Shown piece after piece: positions 51,141-60,538 of a DNA stretch of 64,000 nt. Position numbers and translations under genes: made by a program. Where the stretch lies: the NCBI GenBank assembly GCA_965216755.1, contig CBDCGL010000011.1, forward strand, positions 3,552,001-3,616,000, given 5' to 3'. How positions within the stretch are numbered: the stretch's first letter is position 1; each line of letters begins with the position of its first letter. Below the pieces are notes generated by a model. That model worked only from the letters and a program-made list of their open reading frames with translations. It did no database searches and had not been told where the DNA came from. The DNA comes from Alphaproteobacteria bacterium. Its GTDB lineage: Bacteria > Pseudomonadota > Alphaproteobacteria > UBA7887.

Positions 51141-52565
51141 TCAGCCGCCGGTTTTCATGCGCTCAATACGCTCCGACAGGGCCCGATGTTCCTCGCTTTC
51201 CGGGGGCAGGCGCGCGAGCAGCCGTTGCCAATAGGCCAAACCGTCATCGGGTCGATCGTTTTGTAGAGCGGCCAAGCCCAGAAACCATAGCGCCGCCGGA
51301 TCTCCGCTATCGACAGCCAAGATTTTCTCAAATGTTGTCACGGCTTCGGCGGGGACCTGATGGTTCGGATCGACGCCCGCCATTTGGGTTTCGGCCAATC
51401 CGTTCAAACTCTCCAGATCCTCAGGCGCCAGCGCGACGGCTTTGGCGTAGGCCGCTTGCGCGGCCTCGGCGTCGCCGAGGACCTGTTTGGCGCGCCCCAA
51501 GCGCTTCCAACCGTCAACATCGTCAGGTGTTTCGGCGAGGCGCGACTCGAGACGGGCGACCATGCTGAGCACCATTTCTTGGCGTTCATCCGCCGTCATG
51601 TCTTCGGCCGCGGCGCGGTCGGCGGCGCTTGGTCCGCTTGTTTGCGGTGCCGGCGCCAGGGCGACTTCCGGCACCGGCACGCCGACCTGCTCGGCCAACG
51701 AAATCACTTGCTGGCGCAACGCATCAAGCCAGGGTTCACCCGGCGACGCGTCGTGAAGTATCGCCGTCCACATCTGCAGCGCCGTCGACTCATCACCGGC
51801 CTGGGCACGCCCTAGGCCGACATAATAACGGGCGATGACATTGTCCGGCGCACGCGCCAGCACGGCATCAAATTGGGCTTGCGCCGCCGGCGTCACTGCC
51901 CCCGCGGCGGCTTGAACGATGCTTTCGGCAAGCGCGACCGCGGCATCAAGATCGTCGGGATCCAACGCGTTTGCTTTGCGATAGGCGTCGATCGCTTCGT
52001 CGAAGCGGCCCATGACGGTAAGCGAACGGCCGAGCAGCTTCCAACCGGCCGGATCGTCGGGGTCGTCTTGCAAACGCGATCGTAGGCTGGCGATCGCTTG
52101 ATCCAGATCGACCGGCATACCGGCCACGTCGTTGGCCGGTTGGTCTCGGCTCGCCAGGGGTTGATCGGGCAGGCGCGGACTGCCCAATTGGCCATAAATC
52201 AGCGCGGCCATGCCGCAGACAAACAGCGCCACCCCCGTCTGGACACGCCAACGGCGCGCGCCGCCCGTGGTTTGCGCTGGTTGCCGATCGACGTCCGGCG
52301 CGGGGGCCGCGGTCGCCAGAATGCGGCGTTCGATTTCCAAACGCGCCGCGTCCGCTTCCGCCGCGCTGATCACGCCGCGTTGCTGCTCTGCGTCGAGTTC
52401 GCGCAATTGGTCGCGAAATACTTGGCGATCGAACGTGGCGCGATCTAACGTAGCGCGATCGACGGCCGCGCGATCGCCGCTCGGCCGACCCCGCCGCCAC
52501 AACGGCAGCAGCACCGCGGCGCTGGCTACCACGGCCAAAATCGCGAGCATCAGGGTGAGCACCAT
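51141..52565 (-). CDS. ccmI: Cytochrome c biogenesis TPR protein
   Basis: FRDQLREL, EIERRIL, GSP.LPDQP, TPR repeats (GWKLLGR, GWKRLGR). Confidence 0.9.
   Translation of the reverse strand: MVLTLMLAILAVVASAAVLLPLWRRGRPSGDRAAVDRATLDRATFDRQVFRDQLRELDAEQQRGVISAAEADAARLEIERRILATAAPAPDVDRQPAQTTGGARRWRVQTGVALFVCGMAALIYGQLGSPRLPDQPLASRDQPANDVAGMPVDLDQAIASLRSRLQDDPDDPAGWKLLGRSLTVMGRFDEAIDAYRKANALDPDDLDAAVALAESIVQAAAGAVTPAAQAQFDAVLARAPDNVIARYYVGLGRAQAGDESTALQMWTAILHDASPGEPWLDALRQQVISLAEQVGVPVPEVALAPAPQTSGPSAADRAAAEDMTADERQEMVLSMVARLESRLAETPDDVDGWKRLGRAKQVLGDAEAAQAAYAKAVALAPEDLESLNGLAETQMAGVDPNHQVPAEAVTTFEKILAVDSGDPAALWFLGLAALQNDRPDDGLAYWQRLLARLPPESEEHRALSERIERMKTGG
52425..52475. repeat. 15-bp in-frame tandem repeat (about 3.4 units) within ccmI
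   Basis: gcgatcgaacgtggc gcgatctaacgtagc gcgatcgacggccgc gcgatc, encoding DRAAV-DRATL-DRATF-DR. Confidence 0.75.
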
Positions 52566-52585
52566 GTGCGGCGTTTCCGCGACGC

Positions 52586-53053
52586 TCAGCGGGCTGGTTC
52601 GTCGTCGAGCAAGGCGTTGAGGCGGGCACGCTCGTCCGCACTCAAGGCTTGCGCTGGCTGTGTTTGCTTGCGCAGGCGGCGCAAAAACACCCAGCCGCCG
52701 ATCAGAGCTAACAAGGCTAGGACGCCCGGGCCGAACCACAATACATAAGTGACCGGCTTGACCGGTGGTTTCAGCAACACGAAGTCCCCATAGCGGGCCA
52801 CCAAATAAGCGACAATTTCGTCGTCGCTGTCACCCGCAACCAGCCGTTCGCGCACGATGAGCCTGAGATCGCGCGCCAATTCCGCGTCGGAATCGAAGAT
52901 CGACTGGTTCTGGCAGACCAAACAACGGAATTCCTTGGACAAGGCGTGCGCCCGTTGCTCCAGTGCCGGATCGTCAAGCGGTACATCATTCTCAAACGCG
53001 GCCGCGTTCGACGCGAGCAACGCCAGCATCAACAGGGCAAAAAGGCTCTTCAC
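52586..53053 (-). CDS. ccmH: Cytochrome c biogenesis protein CcmH/CycL
   Basis: RCLVCQNQSI.DS.A.LA.DLR, RYGDFVL. Confidence 0.93.
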   Translation of the reverse strand: MKSLFALLMLALLASNAAAFENDVPLDDPALEQRAHALSKEFRCLVCQNQSIFDSDAELARDLRLIVRERLVAGDSDDEIVAYLVARYGDFVLLKPPVKPVTYVLWFGPGVLALLALIGGWVFLRRLRKQTQPAQALSADERARLNALLDDEPAR

Positions 53054-53577
53054 GGCTCGGCCCCTTCGAGCATGGGATAAACGATCTTTTCCATATCGCG
53101 CGCCATCAATGGGCCGACATGCTTGTAACGGATCACGCCATTGCCATCGATGATGAAAGTCTCGGGGACACCATAAACGCCAAAATCGATGCCGACTCGG
53201 CCATCGACATCGGCGCCGATGGCCTCAAAAGGATCGCCGAGTTCGTCAAGCCACGCCAGCGCATCTTCGGGTTTGTCCTTGTAATTGATGCCGACCATGC
53301 GCGCCAAGTCGCGTTCCGCCAGTTCCATCAGAAAGGGATGTTCGGCGCGGCACGGTACGCACCATGACGCGAATACATTGAGGACCGTCACCGTGCCGGT
53401 CAAATCTTCGGATGACAGGCCGGGACCACCGCCGATTCCCGGCAAGTCGAATGTTGGCACGGGCCGTCCGGCCAGCGCGTTCGGCACTTCGGAAGGGTCA
53501 AGAAACAGGCCCTTATAGAAAAATGCTGCCAGCGCCACGAACGCGACCACGGGCAGGGCGTAGAGAAATCGGCGCAT
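53050..53577 (-). CDS. ccmG: Thiol:disulfide interchange protein DsbE/CcmG
   Basis: FASWCVPCRAEHP, GVYGVPET. Confidence 0.93.
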   Translation of the reverse strand: MRRFLYALPVVAFVALAAFFYKGLFLDPSEVPNALAGRPVPTFDLPGIGGGPGLSSEDLTGTVTVLNVFASWCVPCRAEHPFLMELAERDLARMVGINYKDKPEDALAWLDELGDPFEAIGADVDGRVGIDFGVYGVPETFIIDGNGVIRYKHVGPLMARDMEKIVYPMLEGAEP

Positions 53578-53586
53578 GCGCTTGCT

Positions 53587-55575
53587 CTAGGACGCCGCCG
53601 ATGCGGCAGCAGGTTGGGCAGGTCGGCGACGCGCTGGCGCGCCAACGCGGTAGCGGCGGTCGCTTAGCGAAACCAAGCCGCCGAAGGCCATGACCACCGC
53701 GCCGACCCAGATCCACGGCACCAACGGATTGTGATAGATGCGCATACTCCAACCGCCGCGCGTGTCCGCGTCGCCCAGCACCACATAAAGGTCGGCGAAC
53801 CAGGTGGTATGAATGGCGGCTTCGGTCGTCGGACGCCCCTGAACCGGATAAAAGCGCTTCTCCGGCCACACGGTCACAAAGGGCGCGCCCCTGCGCAGAA
53901 CGGTCACTTCGCCGCGATCAATCGTGTAGTTGGGACCGGTCGCCTTTTCGACTCGCTCAAGGCGGAAATCATAGCCGCCGACCGTGACGGTCTCACCCGG
54001 CCGCACGACCTGCAGGAACTCGTCTTGCCAGGCTGATGAGGCGGTCACACCGGCCACCATCAAGGCGACGCCCAAATGCGCCAGACTCATGCCATAGGCG
54101 GCGCGTGGCAAGCCGGCCAGCCGTCGCAGGCTATCACCGAGACCGACCCGGAACAGGCGGATGCGCGCCGCGAGTTCAACAAACACCGCCGCTGCCAACC
54201 ATGCCGCCAGGGCGATACCAATCGCGGCCAGCATGGCCTTACCCCAATAGACAAACAGCGCCGCCAGCGCGGCCAGCAACGCCGCGGCGAACGCCACCCA
54301 GAGCCGGCCGAGCACGCCAGGCATGTCGGCGCGCTTCCACGACATCAGCGGCGTGATCCCGGCCAGTATGATCAATGGCACGATCAACGGTACGAACACC
54401 GCGTTGAAATAGGGTGGCCCGACCGACACCTTGCCGGCACCCAGCGCGTCCATAAACAGCGGGTACAGGGTGCCCAAAAGCACTGTCGCGGCGGCGACGG
54501 TGAACAACAGATTGTTGAGCACCAGACTGCCCTCGCGCGACACGGGTGCAAACAGCCCGCCGGCTTTGAGCCGTGGCGCCCGGGCGGCGTACAACATCAA
54601 GGATCCGCCGACAACCACCACCAGGAACATCAGAATGAACACGCCCCGCGCCGGATCGGTGGCGAACGCGTGAACCGAGGTGAGGACCCCGGAGCGAACC
54701 AGAAAGGTGCCAAGCAAACTAAAGGAAAATGTGATGATGGCCAGCAAGATAGTCCACGATTTGAGCGCATCACGTTTTTCGCAAACGACGGCAGAGTGCA
54801 ACAGCGCGGTTCCCACCAGCCAGGGCATGAACGAGGCATTCTCGACCGGGTCCCAAAACCACCAGCCGCCCCATCCCAGTTCGTAATAGGCCCACCAGCT
54901 GCCGAGGGCGATGCCGACGGTCAGGAAACTCCATGCCGCCAACGCCCAAGGGCGCACCCAACGTGCCCAGGCGGCGTCGACACGGCCTTCGATCAAGGCG
55001 GCGATGGCAAAGGCGAACGTCACCGAAAAGCCGACATAGCCGAGATAGAGAAACGGTGGATGAAACGCGAGGCCGGGATCTTGCAACAGCGGGTTGAGAT
55101 CTTGACCATCAAACGGTGCCGGCGCCAAGCGCGCGAACGGGTTCGAAGTGAACAGCGTGAACGTCAAGAAGCCGACACCGATGGCCGCCTGCACCGCCAG
55201 CACACGGGCTTGCAAACCAGCCGGCAAGTGGCGCCCAAACAGGGCCACCGCCGCGCCGAATGTCGCCAAGATTAGCACCCAAAGCAGCAGAGACCCTTCA
55301 TGGTTGCCCCACACGCCGGTGATTTTGTACAGCATGGGTTTGGCTGAATGGGAATTGTTGGCGACGTTGGCGAGCGAAAAATCCGACGTGACATAAGCGT
55401 TGGTCAGCGCCAGGAACGAAATCGTCACGCATGCCCATTGCACCAGGGCCGCTGACTTGCCAACCGCCATCCACGCGGCATCGCCGCGCGCCGCGCCGAC
55501 CATCGGCACGGTCGCCTGAACCAAGGCGATTGCGAGCGCCAAAATCAGCGCAAAATGTCCAATCTCAACAATCAT
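53587..55575 (-). CDS. ccmF: Heme lyase CcmF
   Basis: WGNHEGS, WAYYELGWGGWWFWDPVEN, SVHAF. Confidence 0.96.
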   Translation of the reverse strand: MIVEIGHFALILALAIALVQATVPMVGAARGDAAWMAVGKSAALVQWACVTISFLALTNAYVTSDFSLANVANNSHSAKPMLYKITGVWGNHEGSLLLWVLILATFGAAVALFGRHLPAGLQARVLAVQAAIGVGFLTFTLFTSNPFARLAPAPFDGQDLNPLLQDPGLAFHPPFLYLGYVGFSVTFAFAIAALIEGRVDAAWARWVRPWALAAWSFLTVGIALGSWWAYYELGWGGWWFWDPVENASFMPWLVGTALLHSAVVCEKRDALKSWTILLAIITFSFSLLGTFLVRSGVLTSVHAFATDPARGVFILMFLVVVVGGSLMLYAARAPRLKAGGLFAPVSREGSLVLNNLLFTVAAATVLLGTLYPLFMDALGAGKVSVGPPYFNAVFVPLIVPLIILAGITPLMSWKRADMPGVLGRLWVAFAAALLAALAALFVYWGKAMLAAIGIALAAWLAAAVFVELAARIRLFRVGLGDSLRRLAGLPRAAYGMSLAHLGVALMVAGVTASSAWQDEFLQVVRPGETVTVGGYDFRLERVEKATGPNYTIDRGEVTVLRRGAPFVTVWPEKRFYPVQGRPTTEAAIHTTWFADLYVVLGDADTRGGWSMRIYHNPLVPWIWVGAVVMAFGGLVSLSDRRYRVGAPARRRPAQPAAASAAS

Positions 55576-56024
55576 TCGGCATCACCGTCGCTACCCCGCC
55601 AATGTTCGGCATCTTTAATCGCGTCGGCGACCTCCGGCGGCATGTAGTTCTCATCGTGTTTGGCGAGCACGTTGGCGGCTTCAAATTTGCCGTCCGTGGT
55701 CATGGCGCCCTCGACGACCACGCCCTGGCCTTCACGAAACAGGTCGGGTAGCACGCCCGCGTACGACACCTCCACAGTCGATGCCGTGTCGGTGACCTGA
55801 AACAGCACGGTGACGCCATCGTCGAGGCGCCGCACGCTGTTTTCGGCGACCAAGCCGCCAACCCGGACCCGCTGGCCGGGCGCCGGCGCGTCGGCCGCCA
55901 AGTCGGATGGACTGAAGAAAAATACCAGATTGTCCTCGAACGCGTTGAGCACCAGCGCGGCCGCGATAGCCAATGTGGCCATGCCGAGCACGATCACATA
56001 AAGGCGGCGTTTTTTGCGGGTCAT
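55572..56024 (-). CDS. ccmE: Heme chaperone CcmE
   Basis: LPDLFREGQG, LAKHDENY. Confidence 0.96.
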   Translation of the reverse strand: MTRKKRRLYVIVLGMATLAIAAALVLNAFEDNLVFFFSPSDLAADAPAPGQRVRVGGLVAENSVRRLDDGVTVLFQVTDTASTVEVSYAGVLPDLFREGQGVVVEGAMTTDGKFEAANVLAKHDENYMPPEVADAIKDAEHWRGSDGDAE

Positions 56025-56203
56025 TTATGGCCTTTCTCGGCGGCGTCGGCCGCTTCGATGGCGCGTAGTTCGGCCGTACGGCGACGATAGCCACGCACCG
56101 CCGCGGCGGCCAAGCCGATCAACACGATTGCGGCCACCGCGTAGGCCGGCCAAACAAAGCCGCCATAGCCGCCCATCTCCAGAAACCGATCAATGCCGGA
56201 CAT
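56021..56203 (-). CDS. ccmD: Heme exporter protein D
   Basis: MGGYGGFVWPAY; between ccmC and ccmE. Confidence 0.9.
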   Translation of the reverse strand: MSGIDRFLEMGGYGGFVWPAYAVAAIVLIGLAAAAVRGYRRRTAELRAIEAADAAEKGHK

Positions 56204-56251
56204 CGCTTACCGTCGGCGTAAATCACATGTGCCCGTCATATGGGGAGCCCG

Positions 56252-57022
56252 CTAGGCACCATCCAGCGCCATGCCGTCGCGCCCCACCGCGCTGCCTTGG
56301 ATACGCGCCAATTGCCGGGTTCGCAGCTTGGCGCCGACAATATCGCCGCGCATGCGCACCAACAAGACCGTCACGAAATAGGCATTAAAGGCAACTGCCA
56401 TAATCAACAGCGGCCACAACATCGAAGGATCGATCGACGGCGCTGCCAGCTTGGTGACACTGGCCGGTTGATGCAACGTGTTCCACCAATCGACCGAGAA
56501 TTTGATAATCGGCACATTGACGAAGCCGACCAGCGCCAGGATCGCCGCGGCACGTGCCCCCTTGCTGCGATCATCGAAGGCGTCAAACAGCGCCATGTGG
56601 CCGATATACAGAAAAAACAAAATCAAAACAGAGGTCAGGCGTGCATCCCACACCCACCAGGTGCCCCACATCGGCTTACCCCACAAAGATCCGGTGACCA
56701 AGGCAATGAATGTGAAGCCGGCACCCAGGGGCGACGCCGCGCGCGCGGCGACATCGGCCAGCGGATGCCGCCAGATCAGCGCGACGGCGCTGGCCAAGGC
56801 GATAAAGCTGTAGGTGAACAGCGCCATCCACGCCGCCGGCACGTGGATATACATGATGCGCACGGTGTCGCCTTGCTGATAGTCCGCCGGCGAGGCGAAC
56901 AGAGCCAGATAAAGCCCGACAACAAACGTGACGACTGTTACCGCCAGCACCCAAGGCAGGATCGCCGCGGACAAGCGCATAAACCGCGCCGGATTCGCGA
57001 ATTTGTGCAATCGAGAGGCCAT
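56252..57022 (-). CDS. ccmC: Heme exporter protein C
   Basis: YIHVP, WGKPMWGTWWVWDARLT, LHQ. Confidence 0.96.
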   Translation of the reverse strand: MASRLHKFANPARFMRLSAAILPWVLAVTVVTFVVGLYLALFASPADYQQGDTVRIMYIHVPAAWMALFTYSFIALASAVALIWRHPLADVAARAASPLGAGFTFIALVTGSLWGKPMWGTWWVWDARLTSVLILFFLYIGHMALFDAFDDRSKGARAAAILALVGFVNVPIIKFSVDWWNTLHQPASVTKLAAPSIDPSMLWPLLIMAVAFNAYFVTVLLVRMRGDIVGAKLRTRQLARIQGSAVGRDGMALDGA

Positions 57023-57039
57023 AATGGCGTGACCTAAAC

Positions 57040-57717
57040 CTATTCCAGCGCCAGGCGCAAGCCGGCCGCCGCCGCCCAGGGCGATAAAACCATGCTGCCC
57101 AGCAGCAGACCGCCCAAAATCATCAAATGTGGCCGGGCTGGTTGGCCGGTCACCGCCGCCTCGATCGCGCTGACGCCAAAAATCAAGACTGGGATCACCA
57201 GCGGGATTACCAAAATCGACAGCAGCACGCCGGCGCGCCGGGCGCCAACCGTTAAGGCCGCGCCGATGGCACCGATCAAACTGAGGATGGGCGTTCCCAA
57301 CGTTAAGGACAGGATCAACACAAAAAAGCCGTCCGTTGGCAGATTCATCAAAAGCGCCAGGACAGGTGCCGCAATGATCAACGGCACGCCAGTGGTCAGC
57401 CAGTGGGCCAAGGTTTTTGCCAGCACGACGAGCTCCAATGGCGCCGGCGTCAGGGCCAACAGATCAAAACTGCCGTCGTTCACGTCATCTTGAAATAACC
57501 GATCGAAAGACAGCATCGCCGCCAACAAGGCCGCCACCCACAAGGTGCCGCCGCTAATCCGCGCCAAGATCGAAAGTTCGGGCCCGACGCCGAGTGGAAA
57601 CAAGGCGATGGCGATGACAAAAAACAGCACCACGCCGACTGTGTCATGGATCCGGCTCAGCGCCAGTTGCACGTCGCGACGGACAATATGACCGGCAATT
57701 GCCAACATGATGGTCAC
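57040..57717 (-). CDS. ccmB: Heme exporter protein B
   Basis: LFPLGVGPE, KTLAHW, IPVLIFG. Confidence 0.94.
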   Translation of the reverse strand: MTIMLAIAGHIVRRDVQLALSRIHDTVGVVLFFVIAIALFPLGVGPELSILARISGGTLWVAALLAAMLSFDRLFQDDVNDGSFDLLALTPAPLELVVLAKTLAHWLTTGVPLIIAAPVLALLMNLPTDGFFVLILSLTLGTPILSLIGAIGAALTVGARRAGVLLSILVIPLVIPVLIFGVSAIEAAVTGQPARPHLMILGGLLLGSMVLSPWAAAAGLRLALE

Positions 57718-58370
57718 GCCGCCCCTGTGGCGCCGAGTTCGAGTTGGCGCGCGCGGTCGAGGGTGAAGCCGCCGTGACTGGAGGCGACGACGATGCCGCC
57801 AGCCGCGCGATGGCGCGCGACCATGGCTTCGAAGCGACCGGTTGAGTCGCGATCAAGGGCGACCGTTGGCTCGTCGAGCAGCCACAGGCCGCCCTGCTCG
57901 GCCAGGGCCAATCGCGCCAGGCCCAAGCGGCGCCGCTGGCCGGCAGAAAGCAGGCGCGCCGAAAACGTGGCCAGCGAATCAAGACCGACCGCCGCCAGCG
58001 CCGAGTTGACACGCGCGGTGATCGATGTGGCGCTCGGTCGCAGCCGCGCCCAAAATGCCAGATTGTCGGCGACCGATAGGGTTGGTTTGATTGCGTCCAG
58101 ATGACCGGCAAATGTGAGCGCGGCGTGATAAGCCTCTGCGTCGTCGCCAATCGGCTGGCCACGCCATAATACGGCACCGGCGGTGGGCGCGATCAATCCG
58201 GCGATTAAACGCAGCAAGGTGGTTTTGCCGCTGCCATTCGGCCCCAGCAAGAGCAAGGCGCCGCCGGCGTCGACGGAAAAGGACACATCGGCAAAAACGA
58301 ACCGGTCGCCGCGCACGCACGCCAGGTCTTGCCCGACCAAGCGGGCGCCATCAGGTGCGGTGGCCTTCAT
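57714..58370 (-). CDS. ccmA: Heme ABC exporter ATPase
   Basis: GPNGSGKT, LSAGQRRR, WLLDEP. Confidence 0.94.
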   Translation of the reverse strand: MKATAPDGARLVGQDLACVRGDRFVFADVSFSVDAGGALLLLGPNGSGKTTLLRLIAGLIAPTAGAVLWRGQPIGDDAEAYHAALTFAGHLDAIKPTLSVADNLAFWARLRPSATSITARVNSALAAVGLDSLATFSARLLSAGQRRRLGLARLALAEQGGLWLLDEPTVALDRDSTGRFEAMVARHRAAGGIVVASSHGGFTLDRARQLELGATGAA

Positions 58371-58417
58371 GCCGTGTTATTGACCGTCGGGTATCGAGCC
58401 ATGGCGGAGGGATAGAG

Positions 58418-58624
58418 ATGAACGACGAAACCTTCAACATGAGTGTGCGCAAGTTTCTCAAAACCGTCGGTGTCACCGCCCAACGCGAGATCGAACGCGC
58501 GGTATTGGACGCCATCAAGTCCGGTCGTCTGGCGGGGTCTGAGACCATGCAGGCGGAAGCCAAGATCGTGTTGCCCGGCGCCGGCTTGGAAGTGGTCGTC
58601 GAAGGCAAGATCGCCCTTGAATAG
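58418..58624 (+). CDS. Small conserved hypothetical protein (DUF6494-like)
   Basis: MNDETFNMSVRKFLKTVGVTAQREIE. Confidence 0.75.
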   Translation: MNDETFNMSVRKFLKTVGVTAQREIERAVLDAIKSGRLAGSETMQAEAKIVLPGAGLEVVVEGKIALE

Positions 58625-58643
58625 CTCTTCGACGCGGCAGAAC

Positions 58644-59414
58644 CTAGCCTTCGCGCAGTGCGTCGATGCCGGCGCGAAGGCCTTCCATCAGCAGCCAAAT
58701 GTCGCCCGAATAGGCAATCGCGTTGGCGCCCTTGGCCATCCAATCGCGGCCCCATTCTACGGTCGGCGCCAAGACGCCCATGGCTTTGCCGTGTTGCTTG
58801 CAGGCAGCGAATACGCGTTCAACGGCGGCGATGAAATCCGGGTTGGTGAACTCGCCGGGAATGCCCATGGTCAACGACAGGTCGAAATGGCCGATCCAGG
58901 CGGCATCGACGCCGTCGACCGCCATGATCGCGTCAACGTTCTCAATGCCGCGTACGGTTTCGATCAGGGCAATGTTCATGGTGCGCGCGTCGGCCGCCGC
59001 CATCTTCGGCGGTACCGGGCTCATGTCATAATCATCGTGGGCGCCGCTGAACATGGCGCCACGCACGCCGGTGGGAGGATAGCGCGTCCACGATACGATT
59101 TCTTCGGCCTCTTCGGGCGTTTCGAGCATCTGATACATCAAACCCATCACGCCGAGATCAAGCAGCCGCGCGACGATGTGATATTGCTTTCCCGGCGGCC
59201 GCACCATGGGCACGATATCGAGACCACGGCAAAGGGCCGCCTGCTGTTTGATATCGGCCGTCGACAGGCCGCTGTGCTCCATGTCGTAGAGCACGAATTC
59301 GGCGCCAGCGTTTTTCAGAATGGCCGGCAGACCCGGGCTGACACATTCGAATATCATGGTGCCGAACGCGTTCTCGCCCCGCAGCAGTTTGTCTTTGACC
59401 GGATTTGGACGCAT
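58644..59414 (-). CDS. HpcH/HpaI aldolase family protein
   Basis: DMEH, MVR, YPP.G.RG, LIET, IGHFDLS. Confidence 0.92.
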   Translation of the reverse strand: MRPNPVKDKLLRGENAFGTMIFECVSPGLPAILKNAGAEFVLYDMEHSGLSTADIKQQAALCRGLDIVPMVRPPGKQYHIVARLLDLGVMGLMYQMLETPEEAEEIVSWTRYPPTGVRGAMFSGAHDDYDMSPVPPKMAAADARTMNIALIETVRGIENVDAIMAVDGVDAAWIGHFDLSLTMGIPGEFTNPDFIAAVERVFAACKQHGKAMGVLAPTVEWGRDWMAKGANAIAYSGDIWLLMEGLRAGIDALREG

Positions 59415-59451
59415 CGTTGCCTCCCATTTTGCCCGTGCCGACCCAGTTTAG

Positions 59452-60537
59452 TTGACCCGATCGGCGTTGGCACGCTTGCATCTGAAGGGCAAGATCGCAA
59501 GAATCCGTGGCGGGGAGACGATTACCATGCTCATTCGGGTGAATTACGGTCGCAGGCAACGTTTCCGCGCCCGCACGCGTGATCTGACCCTGCAGGGTCG
59601 TGTGAGCGATGCGGTCATGCCGTTGCGCCGCGCCGCGTGGCAGCTCAATGACGCGGCGCCGACGACGTTCTATGTTGAACCGATCGCCGATCCCGGCATT
59701 GATTGGGTCACCCAATACAAGGACTCGCCGGCCGAATTACGGTGTCGCGATCTCGGCGACTTCACCATTGAAATTCCCATTGACCATCCGGCCCTGAGGA
59801 CGCGCGACAATCGCCTGAACATAGATCTGACCGATGCCGAGGGCGCCAATATTGTTGAGTCGGTTCAGTTCGATTTCGATCCGACTCCTGTGCCCCTGCC
59901 GCTTGATCTGACCGATCTAAGTACGGTCTACGATATTCAAGAGATTGGCCAAACCGTGGTCGGTGCCTTCGATGTTGATCGTGCGCAAAACGTCATTCGG
60001 TCGCGGGCGCCGGTGTACCCGGACTCGCTTTTGGTGTTGGGCGCGCCGCACGCCGATCAGGAGGCGACATACAATGTGCGGTTTTTGGATTTCCGTGGCG
60101 TTAAATGGCTCGGCCCAAGTGATTTCTACGTCGGTTTTGAGGACAAGTCACCGCCGATCGGCATCAAGACAGGGTGGTCAAGCGCCGGCATGATGGCACT
60201 CAATCCGGCCGGTGAAGCGCGTTGCTTTATCGCGTGGGGGGATCATTCGGAAACCGACCGTGAATGGGTGGTGGTCACCGACCCGCCCGAGCCGATCAGG
60301 CTCGCCAAAGATGTGTTGTATGCGGTGCGCCACCAAGTCACATTCCGCGACGGCGTCAATCGCTGCCGATTTCGCATTTGGCCCGCTGCTGGGGCTGAGC
60401 CGTCGACATGGTTGTGCACCGAAACCGATGCCGCCGTTGACCGTGCTTTGGTCCATCATTGTCGCGCCTCTTTCGGGTTGTTTCAGCATTCCGGCATGCC
60501 AATCGAGTGGTCCCATATTCGGGTGGAGGCACTGTGA
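59452..60537 (+). CDS. Hypothetical beta-rich protein (start may be 59527)
   Basis: Long ORF filling the gap; stop lies 1 nt before the next ATG; no family confidently recognised. Confidence 0.7.
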   Translation: MTRSALARLHLKGKIARIRGGETITMLIRVNYGRRQRFRARTRDLTLQGRVSDAVMPLRRAAWQLNDAAPTTFYVEPIADPGIDWVTQYKDSPAELRCRDLGDFTIEIPIDHPALRTRDNRLNIDLTDAEGANIVESVQFDFDPTPVPLPLDLTDLSTVYDIQEIGQTVVGAFDVDRAQNVIRSRAPVYPDSLLVLGAPHADQEATYNVRFLDFRGVKWLGPSDFYVGFEDKSPPIGIKTGWSSAGMMALNPAGEARCFIAWGDHSETDREWVVVTDPPEPIRLAKDVLYAVRHQVTFRDGVNRCRFRIWPAAGAEPSTWLCTETDAAVDRALVHHCRASFGLFQHSGMPIEWSHIRVEAL

Positions 60538-60538
60538 G

